A DNA stretch of 51,516 bases from Candidatus Bathyarchaeia archaeon (GCA_050012755.1 JBEKGO010000015.1:1-51516); one strand, 5' to 3'. Shown: positions 27,509-37,640, counted from the first letter of the stretch. The notes: generated from the sequence alone by a model not told the origin. Program-made: numbers and translations.

Positions 27509-27793
27509 TTATTGTATAACTAGTTTTCTTAAACGAATCCCGTCCTTGTGCCTCATGAAATTGCAGACTTTGCATTTAAGGCGCAAGGTTTGTTTTTTGG
27601 TTGTCTTAGCGAATTCTCTTTGAAGTGGATATTTTTGTCCACCGTAACCCTTCTTTTCTCTCTCGTGATGGCGTTCACCATGAGCTAAGGCTCTGCGCTT
27701 TCCAGGCTTGTAGAGGGTTACACTGTGAATTTGATGAGCTTTACATTTAGGACAGTATGTCTTTACTTCTTTAGGAACGTTCACGTTCTTCAC
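27509..27793 (-). CDS. rpl44e: 50S ribosomal protein L44e
   Basis: TYCPKCKAH..H.V, GYGGQKYP, AKTTKK..L.LKC..C. Confidence 0.96.
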   Translation of the reverse strand: MKNVNVPKEVKTYCPKCKAHQIHSVTLYKPGKRRALAHGERHHEREKKGYGGQKYPLQREFAKTTKKQTLRLKCKVCNFMRHKDGIRLRKLVIQ

Positions 27794-28020
27794 TACCAGC
27801 TTTGCATAAAAGAAACATACGCATTCTTATACTTTTTCACCTATATGCTAAAAACTGTAGCGTTCAACCTTTTGGACTAGCCCTTGGCGTAGTCTAGGTC
27901 TTTCTTGACAACTGTTATTCTGAAAGGCAGTTCTTATAGGCCTATTATTGGCAAAAAGGCGTAGTGTTTTTTAAACCGAAACAATCTTTACATTGTATTC
28001 AGTCTGCAGGTTTGAATGCG

Positions 28021-29103
28021 TTGACATCACAACTTTTTTTGAAAATTAAAAGCCAATCAGATTTAATCATAAAATTGTTACCGATATTTGCATTCGCCAT
28101 TCCGCTAGCTATTCTGTATTTAATGAATTTGCCTGATCCCTATCTTGGATCCAGTTCCCAGTATTCATTTCAGTTAATGTGGAAGGGCAGAACGTTCCAG
28201 TTGTTTTTTGTTTGGTTGATAGCATTGGAATTTATTCTCAGTTGGGAAAATATAAAAACAAAAATTAACAAGCAGAATAAGGCGGGACTAACAGCAGTTT
28301 CCATAGCATTGCTGCTTCCGACACTCTATGTGATTTCAGAATATTTTTTCGGATTAAATTCAGCTATCGCAAGTGCCGCCTTTCAAAGCGGAATTTACTT
28401 TTACAATTCAATGCCAATCGCTATTGAGTACATTGTTTTTTCGGTTCTCTTTTGCTTGATTGCTTTCCTTTGCTTTGGAAAAAAGGGTTTACGTGGCTTC
28501 GCTTTACCTGCTATATTTGCTGCGATAGTCGGCATAATTTACACGATCGATAACGTTTTTCCTTATGGCAAATTCACTCCATTTCAACTGTTGGTTCCAA
28601 CAACCGCTAATCTTGCCGGTTCTGTCCTTCGATTAATGGGGTACGCTGTTTTGCCCGGAACAGAAAACGGCATGCCGACCTTGCAGGTTACAGGATCATT
28701 AGGAACAACGACAACATTCGCTATCGCTTGGCCATGCGCAGGCGTTGAAAGTCTCTTAATTTACACGGCTGTATCTTTGCTGTTTTTACAACGTATGCCG
28801 TTGACTTGGAAATCCAAAGCAGGATTCTTCGTTGTTGGAGCAGCCGTTACTTACTGCATAAACGTTTTGCGAATAGCAAGCCTCTTCATTATTGGCACAC
28901 AGAATTTTGGAAACATAAACGCACAACCCGTGCAAGATTTTCATTTCTATTATGGCCCATTATTTTCGCTTGCATGGATAGTTTCATACCCGTTAATTAT
29001 CATGGTCGGCCTAGATTTAAGGCGGAAAAATAAGAAAGAAAAGGTTAATTCCGACAAAGAAAAAACTATGAAACCTCAACCGACACAGCTAAGCCTTGTT
29101 TAA
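28021..29103 (+). CDS. Archaeosortase/exosortase family transpeptidase (thaumarchaeosortase-like)
   Basis: Polytopic membrane protein with Cys (IAWPCAGVESL), Arg (INVLRI), His (FHFYYG) triad and MWKGR motif; start 28021 or 27964. Confidence 0.82.
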   Translation: MTSQLFLKIKSQSDLIIKLLPIFAFAIPLAILYLMNLPDPYLGSSSQYSFQLMWKGRTFQLFFVWLIALEFILSWENIKTKINKQNKAGLTAVSIALLLPTLYVISEYFFGLNSAIASAAFQSGIYFYNSMPIAIEYIVFSVLFCLIAFLCFGKKGLRGFALPAIFAAIVGIIYTIDNVFPYGKFTPFQLLVPTTANLAGSVLRLMGYAVLPGTENGMPTLQVTGSLGTTTTFAIAWPCAGVESLLIYTAVSLLFLQRMPLTWKSKAGFFVVGAAVTYCINVLRIASLFIIGTQNFGNINAQPVQDFHFYYGPLFSLAWIVSYPLIIMVGLDLRRKNKKEKVNSDKEKTMKPQPTQLSLV

Positions 29104-29626
29104 CCAACATTTTAGCGTTCTCAACGGGCAATGAGGCAACATCTTCAGCTATAAAAGGACCGTAAGTTTTCATATCTGCGCCAATAATAGTCGGAATATT
29201 CTTAATGAATCTTAGCACCACCCGTTTATGGTTGGCTTGAGCTTCAACTTTAACATCTATTTTGGCAGTTTGACCCTGCATTAGGTTTCTAGTGAATTTT
29301 TGATATGCGTCACTAAAGGCGATAAAATTCTTACATATCTCTGCTTCTTCAACAGTTAACAAATCTGAAGGCATTTTTTGGCTTTGAGTGATTGTTCTAA
29401 CCAGTTTCTTGTATCTCGTTCGAAGCAATTCCTTAAGCATCAGATTTACGTTTTGCGATTCATGCTCAAGCAAATTTACTTTGAGTGATTTTTTGTCAAG
29501 AATTTTGTTTTCTTCGTTTAGACGCCGAAGGTAATCTGCTATTCTATTGTAAAAGTCAGGAGGTAATCCTCCAAGCGAAACTTCTTCAATTTCTTTTCGC
29601 CAAGCTGCATAGAGCTCATTGTACAT
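29066..29626 (-). CDS. gins15: GINS15 (Psf1/Sld5-like) subunit
   Basis: LPPDFY, R..K, LT.EE, C-terminal B domain IIGADMKTYGPF..EDVASLP.ENA..LVKQG; directly after priS. Confidence 0.9.
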   Translation of the reverse strand: MYNELYAAWRKEIEEVSLGGLPPDFYNRIADYLRRLNEENKILDKKSLKVNLLEHESQNVNLMLKELLRTRYKKLVRTITQSQKMPSDLLTVEEAEICKNFIAFSDAYQKFTRNLMQGQTAKIDVKVEAQANHKRVVLRFIKNIPTIIGADMKTYGPFIAEDVASLPVENAKMLVKQGLAVSVEVS

Positions 29627-30853
29627 TTAGTCCACCACCTTCGCCCTTCCCTTGCAAATAAGCATTACTGCCGCTGCAACAGGCAACTCAACCGTTTGAT
29701 TCTTGTATGGACCCAATGTTTCTCCCCCCAACTTAAACTCTGGTGCGTCAGAGACGAACACTTTTACCGCGCCCTTTTTAAAAGCTACCGCTCCAGTGAA
29801 AGGGTCAAAATCCTTAAGGTTTTTTGCTGGAAATTCAACTTTCTTTAGTCCTGTCTTACCATGTAAAGTGCCATTCATCCTGATTAAACGGTGAACGTCA
29901 GTTGTTACGACAGTATCGATATTTGCCGATTGCAATTCGCGTATATGCTCAGCCAATTTGAGCCATGTTTGAACGCTGACTCCATTAATACTCTCCCATC
30001 GACCATCATTTATACAACGTTTGATGACGGTTTCCTTGTTGTTCAGAAGTGCGTTATTTTTTATGCCAATATTTTTCAGATCTTCTTTTGTTGCGGTGAC
30101 TAAAAAATTTTGCATGCCTAATTTTAACCGTTTGTTCCAACCAAAATTGTGCAAATTAAATCTTTTAGCGGCACTTTTCTTCTTTGGTTTTTCTATAGCA
30201 TTTTTATCTAATATGGCTAGACCTAACCCACTAACATAATCAACAATTTCCTTCCGTGCCATAGCGTCTAATGACCTGACAGCCTCATCCTCGACGTGAA
30301 CATGGTATCCTCGATGACCAGAAAAAAACACATGCAACTCATCTGAAGAAAAGCCAAAATCGTTTTCCAACATATCAAGCAGTTTTGCAGTTTCGTCCCG
30401 AGCAGATTTTATGCAAAGCTCGCATGGCCATGTTTTTGTCTCGAATTTTGTTGCTTCACAAGCAGGACAAACGTCTGGAGTTAATCCCTTGCCGCTGAAC
30501 CCACATTTGACACATGTGAATTCGTCATGGATTTTGTCGCAGGTTGTTGGAATATGGTCAGCGTCTATGTCAAAGACCAAATCGGCGCCTAACCACCCTT
30601 TTTTGTCCATGTCGAAATCTGGGTTTTCATAATAGGCGCATGAATGATAAACATCCGAAGGAACAGTTTCACTAAGCATTGACCGCAGAGGTCTGATTCC
30701 CTCGAATCTTTTATGCCTAACCATGAACCGTTCTTTGAAAAGCAAATAGGCAAACTCTCTTTGATTAGGTGAAATTGGGGCAGGAATAACTGTTGTGGGC
30801 TCCCGGTAGTATTCGCAGAATTTTTGATAAACAAAGTCTCGAGAAGCTTCCAC
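29627..30853 (-). CDS. priS: DNA primase catalytic (small) subunit
   Basis: QREFAY, DLVFDIDAD, FSGHRGYHVH, D..VTTDVHRLIR..GTLHGKTG. Confidence 0.95.
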   Translation of the reverse strand: MEASRDFVYQKFCEYYREPTTVIPAPISPNQREFAYLLFKERFMVRHKRFEGIRPLRSMLSETVPSDVYHSCAYYENPDFDMDKKGWLGADLVFDIDADHIPTTCDKIHDEFTCVKCGFSGKGLTPDVCPACEATKFETKTWPCELCIKSARDETAKLLDMLENDFGFSSDELHVFFSGHRGYHVHVEDEAVRSLDAMARKEIVDYVSGLGLAILDKNAIEKPKKKSAAKRFNLHNFGWNKRLKLGMQNFLVTATKEDLKNIGIKNNALLNNKETVIKRCINDGRWESINGVSVQTWLKLAEHIRELQSANIDTVVTTDVHRLIRMNGTLHGKTGLKKVEFPAKNLKDFDPFTGAVAFKKGAVKVFVSDAPEFKLGGETLGPYKNQTVELPVAAAVMLICKGRAKVVD

Positions 30854-30961
30854 TTTCCCTTTTACCCCATGTTGTATACTGATTATGCCTCCTAAATTTA
30901 TCTATATATCGTATTACTGAAAATGCACTAGCGGTAAGAGGGCAATCAAAAGAGTAGGCTA

Positions 30962-32668
30962 TTACCTAATCGGCAGGGGATTAGGCAAGTGAGGCTGCAA
31001 ATACCCAACAAACGGGTAATAATTTCCCCCAGCAAATGAAAGCACAAAAATCATAAAGAAAAGCCACAGCATAGTAACTTCTAACTCTTTTTTTCTTTGA
31101 GGAATTAAAGCATAAATGAAAATGAAGGGTACGTACCAATCTTGGAAGTAAGGCAGCATAAAACTGGGCAAAAGTAGAAAAACCGCTGATAAAGAAAGCA
31201 AGCTGTTTTTGTTAAGCATGTACATTAAGTAAGCAATAGTGATTGCCAAAGTTACCAAAATAGAGACTGATTGGGTTAACCAGCCAATGTGAATGTTAAA
31301 TGAAAAGGCGTTAATTCCATTCGCGATTAATTGGGATCCTGCCCCAATAAGGTATGGAACACTTAAGGAAGCAGTGAAGATGCTAACAAACCCAAAAATA
31401 AAGCCAGTAATTACAGCTTTATTTCTTAGCAAACTGCTATGATTATTTGTCAGGAAAAGTTTAACCAAACCAACAACAATTAATGGAAAAAGGAAAATGC
31501 CTGCTTGATATTTAAAAAAAGTCGAAATTGCAACAAGTAAGAAAAAGTAATCATAACGTTCAATCAAAAACATGGATATAGCAAACAGAGAAAATATGAA
31601 GGCGACGGAATCAAACATGCCATCAGCCGCGAAGACAATCAAAGTAACATAAATTATGTAAACCCCGATTAATTTGAGAAGCAAAGCCATGTTCCTTGTA
31701 AACAAACCCTTAAGGAAATAATAAACACAAACGGTGGCAAAAAATAGAAAGATAGCAATCTCAACTTTGTATATCAGAGCAGAATCCAAACCGTTCTGAA
31801 GTAGAATACCAAAAGGCAAGAAAAGTAAAATGCTACCTAAAGGGTACAAATGTGGCATTTCAGGCCAAGTTACGAAATCGTGTGATGTGGTGTCGACGCT
31901 TGCAAGTTTACTTAGAGGTTGACTAAATACTGAAAGACCATCTTTCAGAAATAAACTTGAAACATAAGTGTCTCTGCCATTATCTGTATACCAGTTTTCA
32001 AAAGTCCCAAGTGGATTGGCGTTGACTACAAGAATAGAAAGCCAAATTATTAGCGATAAGGACAGTAGTGCTATGAGCCGTTGGCGGTTTTTCTTGCTAA
32101 AAGCCTGCGTGCTCGAACTACTTAGTTTAACATAGTTGGAATTAGACATCGTGATTTTTAGAGTTAGAAGCATTACTGCAGCTAAGCTTATTATAAATGT
32201 TATTTTTGATACTTGAGTTAACCATGAGTATGCAAAAATAGCTTTTGGTTCTTGAACAGAGACTTGAAAATGCACAAGACCTGCACTTTGTGAAGAAGAA
32301 GTAAAAACTGCGTCATAATAGTCAGCATCTGCTACAAATGAATAGCTAATATTCGATTTTGTAGAAACATGGTAACATGAGTCGCTATTTATCAGCAGGT
32401 AGGTGGAGTTTGGAAAATCTATCGAAAAGTTTTTTTGAAAAGCTAATGGACTCTGGACTAGAAGCGAAATGTTTTCGCCGCTGTGAAATGAACCTAAGCC
32501 TTGCCTATAGGTTTCATTTGGATTTAATGTAAAAGTATCATTAATCATAACGTTCGATTGTGTGCCGCCGGGATAAGTCGGAAATAAGCTAACGACTGCC
32601 ATTAATATACTTAAGATTAAGAAAAGGATAGCTACCAATAGCATTTTAGTGACGCTAGGCCGTTTCAT
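30962..32668 (-). CDS. Polytopic membrane glycosyltransferase, GT-C fold (GT87/PIG-M-like) with N-terminal extracytoplasmic domain
   Basis: About 12 hydrophobic segments; acidic first loop NWYTD, LYPLG, DGMFDS, FKYQ; cotranscribed downstream of a Dol-P-Man synthase gene. Confidence 0.6.
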   Translation of the reverse strand: MKRPSVTKMLLVAILFLILSILMAVVSLFPTYPGGTQSNVMINDTFTLNPNETYRQGLGSFHSGENISLLVQSPLAFQKNFSIDFPNSTYLLINSDSCYHVSTKSNISYSFVADADYYDAVFTSSSQSAGLVHFQVSVQEPKAIFAYSWLTQVSKITFIISLAAVMLLTLKITMSNSNYVKLSSSSTQAFSKKNRQRLIALLSLSLIIWLSILVVNANPLGTFENWYTDNGRDTYVSSLFLKDGLSVFSQPLSKLASVDTTSHDFVTWPEMPHLYPLGSILLFLPFGILLQNGLDSALIYKVEIAIFLFFATVCVYYFLKGLFTRNMALLLKLIGVYIIYVTLIVFAADGMFDSVAFIFSLFAISMFLIERYDYFFLLVAISTFFKYQAGIFLFPLIVVGLVKLFLTNNHSSLLRNKAVITGFIFGFVSIFTASLSVPYLIGAGSQLIANGINAFSFNIHIGWLTQSVSILVTLAITIAYLMYMLNKNSLLSLSAVFLLLPSFMLPYFQDWYVPFIFIYALIPQRKKELEVTMLWLFFMIFVLSFAGGNYYPFVGYLQPHLPNPLPIR

Positions 32669-32750
32669 TAAGCAGTGTCGCCTTTTTCTTTTTGAAAAAC
32701 GGACTTGTATAAGTGATTTTTAATGAAAATAAGGATTGCTTAACCAAGCG

Positions 32751-33494
32751 CTAAAAACGTGAGATTGTTTTCAAAGTATAAGTCATGTAGCTTCGGATTT
32801 CAGCCCAAGAAAGTTTAGATTTTCCAATTTTTCGATTAACAAATAAGACAGGAGTTTCTTTTAAGCAAAAGTTTCTCAGAGTAGCTTGTCTTATTGTTTC
32901 TATTTGGATTTCGTAAGTGTGACTGTGAAGGTTAGTGATGGTTGCCCTTAGGAACTTGGTGGAATAGCAGCGGAAACCGCTTGTGCAGTCGTGAAGCTTT
33001 AGGCCAAGCGAAAAACGGGCTATGGAGTTAGCAGTTCGACTAATTATTTTCCTAGTGAAAGGCCAACCTTCAATTTTGCCGCCTTTAACATATCGGCTAC
33101 CAATCACAATTGCGCATTCAGATTCGTACATTTTTGACAAAAGCTGCGGGATGTCCTGCGGATTATGCGAGTAATCTGCATCCATCGTTATGATGTATTT
33201 TGGCGGTTGTTTTAAAGATAGAAAATATTTGAAGCCGTCAGTTATGGCGGTTCCTAAACCGCTTTTTCTAGGTCTAACACATAATAGAATATTTTTGTAT
33301 TTGTTTTGTTTTTCTTGTACGATTTCAGCGGTTTCATCTGGGCTTGAATCGTCGATGACAAGAATTGAAGCATCTAGTTTTAGGTCTTCTATTGCTTCAA
33401 TTAATTTGGAAATGTTATCTTCTTCTCGATAGGTCGGCAGAATGACGCCGATCTGAGAGGTAACCAAGTTGTCACCGATTATTTGATAATGCAT
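32751..33494 (-). CDS. dpm1: Polyprenol-phosphate mannose synthase (GT2, DPM1-like)
   Basis: ILPTY.E, IDDSSPDET, GLGTA, MDADYSHNP, GSRY..GG, DCTSGFR, FVNR..GKSKL. Confidence 0.9.
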   Translation of the reverse strand: MHYQIIGDNLVTSQIGVILPTYREEDNISKLIEAIEDLKLDASILVIDDSSPDETAEIVQEKQNKYKNILLCVRPRKSGLGTAITDGFKYFLSLKQPPKYIITMDADYSHNPQDIPQLLSKMYESECAIVIGSRYVKGGKIEGWPFTRKIISRTANSIARFSLGLKLHDCTSGFRCYSTKFLRATITNLHSHTYEIQIETIRQATLRNFCLKETPVLFVNRKIGKSKLSWAEIRSYMTYTLKTISRF

Positions 33495-33542
33495 ATGACT
33501 CCACCTAATTTACAGCACAGTCAATTAATAAATCTATACCAA

Positions 33543-34595
33543 TTATTTGGACTGATTTAGAGCAAGTTGTTGTTTAATTTTATAATATTTCAAAGGATGA
33601 TAGATACGGCGGCATAAATCATCTCTGTTTTTGCATACGCCATGCGTCTGCAATATAGAACATTGCGGAGGAGTATAACGTGTTCCTGAGCCTCTTTCTC
33701 CTGCAATATGCTCGATTTGGTAACGAGTCAACCTTTCATTGTAATCTGAAAAACTCTTGTAAATTTCACTTACTTTTTCCGTGGACATTCCAATGTTTAA
33801 AAGAAAAGCTGTCAACGTGAATCGCTCCATCTGCGAGAGATGGTGAGTGGTTGATGCTGCCTCGTAAATTGCGTTTATGCAGGGCGGGAAAGCGGTTTGA
33901 ACAATAGTTTTGGGAATTTCCTCGACATTCTCTTCAATGTTTTCAGCAGCCAGTTTCTTTAATTTTTCAGCGATCATAATTAGCTCAGGTGGAAATTTTG
34001 GAGGCTCAACATCTAACCGTTTTTCAATACGCCTCCGCACTTCCTCTTCCAATAATCGCGTAACGTCTTTCTTGTTTAGGTAAACGTTGCCATTGAGTAA
34101 AATGCTGTTAGTTAGTTTCCATTTTTTGTCATGCAAATGCGCTGCGTTTCTCAAGTAGTCCGTGAAGTGAATGGTAAAATCAAGAGGTGAGTCGACATTT
34201 GATGTGAGTTTTATTTTCCAATCAAAATCCTCGGCTATTTTGAGAATTTTTTCTTTCGATTCATTAAATAAATCAACGGATGCTTGCTTTGCCTCTGCGA
34301 GCGCATACCTTTTTTTGATAAAAGAATTTTCAGTGGCTACCACTAATAGAAGTGCAATTGGAAAAGAGAGAATTTCAATGTCTATTTTTTTACTATCCCT
34401 GCTAATACTTCTCGTTATTATAGCTTCATTAATTCTTTCTTCGGCACGTTTGAGAGCCTGATCCATACCCATGCTTGCTAAATCGTCTATTTGCAAGTCT
34501 AAGGGTTTGATGTATTCTGCGGTTTCTTTTAAAAAAGGATACTTTGCCAGATCATTCTTTGTGAATCCCGCCGATGCCGTTTGCAAGGTTGCCAC
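33543..34595 (-). CDS. priL: DNA primase large subunit
   Basis: LAKYPF, FPPCI, TRYQIEHIAG, YTPPQC......C.....C...HPLKYY Fe-S domain. Confidence 0.95.
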   Translation of the reverse strand: MATLQTASAGFTKNDLAKYPFLKETAEYIKPLDLQIDDLASMGMDQALKRAEERINEAIITRSISRDSKKIDIEILSFPIALLLVVATENSFIKKRYALAEAKQASVDLFNESKEKILKIAEDFDWKIKLTSNVDSPLDFTIHFTDYLRNAAHLHDKKWKLTNSILLNGNVYLNKKDVTRLLEEEVRRRIEKRLDVEPPKFPPELIMIAEKLKKLAAENIEENVEEIPKTIVQTAFPPCINAIYEAASTTHHLSQMERFTLTAFLLNIGMSTEKVSEIYKSFSDYNERLTRYQIEHIAGERGSGTRYTPPQCSILQTHGVCKNRDDLCRRIYHPLKYYKIKQQLALNQSK

Positions 34596-34596
34596 G

Positions 34597-35352
34597 TTAT
34601 TCGGTTTCGATTCTTGGCGCCAAGAAGAAAGTTAACTTTCCCTCTTTTGTCTGTTGGAAGTCGATTTTCACAGGCATATCACTGGAAAATTCAAGCGTAG
34701 CAATGTCTGATGTGGCTGAAGCAGCTTTTATGATTTCAGACAAATAGCTGAGGCTGAATGTTGCTTTCGCGTTTTCTTTAACTTCTAAATCAAGAAGAGC
34801 ATCATTGCCTTTCTGCAAAGTTATAGTTGCACCCATCAAATCGCCTGAAGCGCTTAAGGTTAATTTTTCTGGTTCAGCTTCGATGCGCACATGGTCACTT
34901 ACTAGTTGTGCATCTTCGATTGCTTGGCTTAAGCCTTGAGTTGTAGTTTTCGCTTTTACGTTGAAGGTTATTTTTGGAGTTGGAACTTCTTCTTCTGATG
35001 CTTCAAGGGTCGGCATTGTGAAGTTGCGGCTGTATTTGCCTGTTATTGTGATTTGTAATCGTCCAGTTTTATCGTCAAGAGCGAGCTCGACGGCTTCGTC
35101 TCTTCCAGCACGTTTGAGAAGTTTCAGCAGTTCGCTAATGTTAATGCACATTTTCGATGGGTCAGTAGCCACGTATTCTTGAAAAATAGATTTCGGCCAT
35201 TCAAAATCTATCATGGCGACACGTGAGGGATCCATCGCCCGCAGTTTCAAACCTTCAGGGTCAATCTTGAATGTGGCTTCATCTACAAGGATGGATATGG
35301 CTGTAGCCATGTCTCTTAATAATTTAGCATCAGACACTTTGAGTTTGAACAT
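34597..35352 (-). CDS. pcn: PCNA sliding clamp
   Basis: LRAMDPSRVAMI, FSLSYL, DMPV, FFLAPR. Confidence 0.97.
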   Translation of the reverse strand: MFKLKVSDAKLLRDMATAISILVDEATFKIDPEGLKLRAMDPSRVAMIDFEWPKSIFQEYVATDPSKMCINISELLKLLKRAGRDEAVELALDDKTGRLQITITGKYSRNFTMPTLEASEEEVPTPKITFNVKAKTTTQGLSQAIEDAQLVSDHVRIEAEPEKLTLSASGDLMGATITLQKGNDALLDLEVKENAKATFSLSYLSEIIKAASATSDIATLEFSSDMPVKIDFQQTKEGKLTFFLAPRIETE

Positions 35353-35518
35353 GTTACTCCTCTACCTCGCTATTGCATATTATTGTAAAGTTATATAGCT
35401 TATGATTACACCCTGAGCTAATAAATAAATTGTTCTAGCAAAAAATAGAAATATGCAACTAGCAAGCTGTCGCTGAAAAGTTGGCAAAAGATAAAGAGAA
35501 ATAAAATTGAAATTAATT

Positions 35519-35875
35519 TTAGCTATATTCTCTAAATGTGTAGCTGCATTTCGTGCAACGGAGAAACTGCGTTGAAGATTCGTCGGCTCCGCGAGTTTGC
35601 ACCTGCCAGACATAAGCTGTGTTGTTGCCACATCTTGGGCATTCAATCCGCACTGTTGGTAAGGTGCTTAGTTTCTGCTCTTCTTTCCCGATGACGGCGA
35701 CAAGCTGCTGAGGGCTATGTTGGATTACTTTCGGCGTTACTTTTTGTTCTGCTTTGTCGCCAGCCTCAGGTTTCTTATATCCACATTTCGGGCAGACGAG
35801 AACTAAAGAAGCGTCTTTACCGCTCTTGGATTTCTTTGGTTCAAGACGAGATCCACATTTAGGGCAGAATTCCAT
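35519..35875 (-). CDS. tfs: Transcription factor S (TFS/RpoM)
   Basis: MEFCPKCG, CPRCGN, QTRGADESSTQFLRCTKC with catalytic DE. Confidence 0.96.
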   Translation of the reverse strand: MEFCPKCGSRLEPKKSKSGKDASLVLVCPKCGYKKPEAGDKAEQKVTPKVIQHSPQQLVAVIGKEEQKLSTLPTVRIECPRCGNNTAYVWQVQTRGADESSTQFLRCTKCSYTFREYS

Positions 35876-35949
35876 ATACCGTCACATCACTATCTGTTTC
35901 GGATTCCCTTAGCATTGTACCTTTTAAACTTTGTCTAACTCAGGCTTAA

Positions 35950-36528
35950 TCATAGGGTAATTCCGGATGCGATGAGATGTGCAACCCGCAAAGGTTCAGG
36001 AAAACTGCTTCTGGTCGCGGTCAATTTAATAATTTTTTGCGCGTCAGTCAGAGAAATTCCGGCTAAAGCAATGTAAAGTTTCTTATTTCGGCTGGATATT
36101 TCATGGATTTCTCCAGCTTCAAGAACTGTCTTCCAACGCTCGTCGGTTTTAGGCAGGTTGTTGAGCGCGTCGCGAATGGAATCTAAATCAGGCTTATCAC
36201 CTGTTAAAGCGATGACAGGAAGGTTCGTGGCGAAATTTAGTTTTTTTATGTTAGCCACGTTGAATCCAGCGAACGTTATCCCGTTTAACATTATCAAACG
36301 TAGCTGTTTACAGTGCGGTGAACTGTTAATCATGGAAGTTATCTGTTCTGTAGCATCAAAGCCGTCTATTGCAATGTTAGTGTGCATTACTCCATCAAGC
36401 CAGCAACCGCCTCTGAAAACAACGCCAACCACTATCACGGTGCCTTCGGTGTGTGGGGTGAATTTGCCGTCATCAACTCCGATTACCCGTATTTCCGATT
36501 TTATCGTTCGAAAATCTTTAACTGCCAA
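35950..36528 (-). CDS. DUF99 family (endonuclease V-like) protein
   Basis: IGVDDG, DGFDAT, GITFAGFNV, PEPLRVAHLIA; TTG 36528 likely start. Confidence 0.85.
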   Translation of the reverse strand: MAVKDFRTIKSEIRVIGVDDGKFTPHTEGTVIVVGVVFRGGCWLDGVMHTNIAIDGFDATEQITSMINSSPHCKQLRLIMLNGITFAGFNVANIKKLNFATNLPVIALTGDKPDLDSIRDALNNLPKTDERWKTVLEAGEIHEISSRNKKLYIALAGISLTDAQKIIKLTATRSSFPEPLRVAHLIASGITL

Positions 36529-36625
36529 AATCTTACCTTGAAAAAGTATAAGGAACACTTTAGCTTTTAAAATTTAACATTAGACAATCGAGCCAAAAAA
36601 GAAAAACTAAAAACGAAAAAGAGAA

Positions 36626-36907
36626 TTAAGCTTTCAGAACACGATTTAACTCTTCGCCAAAGGCATCGTTGGCTTCTCGAACTTTTTGAACAGCCCTAAT
36701 CAATGCACTTTCAGGCTTAGCAGCCCCCTTCATTCTAACGTAAATGATGGGGTTTGACGCCAAAGGATGAGGGACATCATAGCCTGCAAATTCCACGGTC
36801 TTATCCTCTAGAAGCCGCTTTGCCAAAAGGTTACAAATGCCGTGAGTGCCGCCTTCGATTTCAATCTTAAGCTCATTATCTGATTTGGTAATTACTTTTA
36901 CCTTCAA
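36626..36907 (-). CDS. rpo11: RNA polymerase subunit Rpo11 (L)
   Basis: EIEGGTHGICNLL, FAGYDVPHPL; conserved position after csl4. Confidence 0.92.
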   Translation of the reverse strand: MKVKVITKSDNELKIEIEGGTHGICNLLAKRLLEDKTVEFAGYDVPHPLASNPIIYVRMKGAAKPESALIRAVQKVREANDAFGEELNRVLKA

Positions 36908-36923
36908 TTTTTATTCCTCTTTG

Positions 36924-37511
36924 CTAAACAATTGGTTCTTTTCCATAATCTGGCGCTATTTTACGTTTTTCTATATTGCCGCATTTTGGACAACGTAGTT
37001 CATCATACCGAAGGGATTCAAGTGAACCGCCACATCGAGAACAGAAAGCATAGAGAACGCCCAGATTTTTGTCGTTGGCTGTTAGGTGGAAAATACGGTT
37101 TTTGGAGCTGATAACCCTGGCTCTGATAATATCACCTGGCTTGCATACATCATTCATCGAATCAATGTACCGGTCGGAAACGTCAGAAATGTGCAATATA
37201 CCGCCGAATTCGCCTGATTGTTTATTGTTTGTTGTTTTGAAGATTTTGACTAAAACGTTATCAGACTGGGGGTTACCAATTTGCCCCACAATTATTGTCC
37301 CAACTTTTGGGACTAGTTCACTATTAACTAGTGGGTAAACAGAAACACGTTTGTTTAACAAGTCAATCAATGCACGACCAACAGTTTTGGAGTAGATAAC
37401 GCCATCTTTAACGTATGTTCCCGAGTCTGGAATAAACTCTTCGATAACACCTAAGCGTTCTCCAGGAACTACTAAACGACCGGTTTTTTGTTCAGGTGAT
37501 TTTAGACTCAT
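36924..37511 (-). CDS. csl4: Exosome RNA-binding protein Csl4
   Basis: VVPGERLGVIEEF.P..GTY, S1 domain, LGV.YA.CSRCG...CPKCGNIEKRKIA. Confidence 0.95.
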   Translation of the reverse strand: MSLKSPEQKTGRLVVPGERLGVIEEFIPDSGTYVKDGVIYSKTVGRALIDLLNKRVSVYPLVNSELVPKVGTIIVGQIGNPQSDNVLVKIFKTTNNKQSGEFGGILHISDVSDRYIDSMNDVCKPGDIIRARVISSKNRIFHLTANDKNLGVLYAFCSRCGGSLESLRYDELRCPKCGNIEKRKIAPDYGKEPIV

Positions 37512-37640
37512 GACGATTTACCTTTTGTTTTAAATAAGCTAAACAAGCGTATTTGATAAATGCATATGGTTAGTTTCCATTCGTATCAATAAACCTTTTG
37601 ATTAATAATCAGATTACGCCCAGACCCTTATTGCAAAAGT

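Noticed and set aside
27081-27623. Plus-strand ORFs at 27081, 27229 and 27414, and the extended S27e start at 27575
   Set aside because: Shadows of, or overlaps with, nop10, the aIF2-alpha remnant, S27e and L44e
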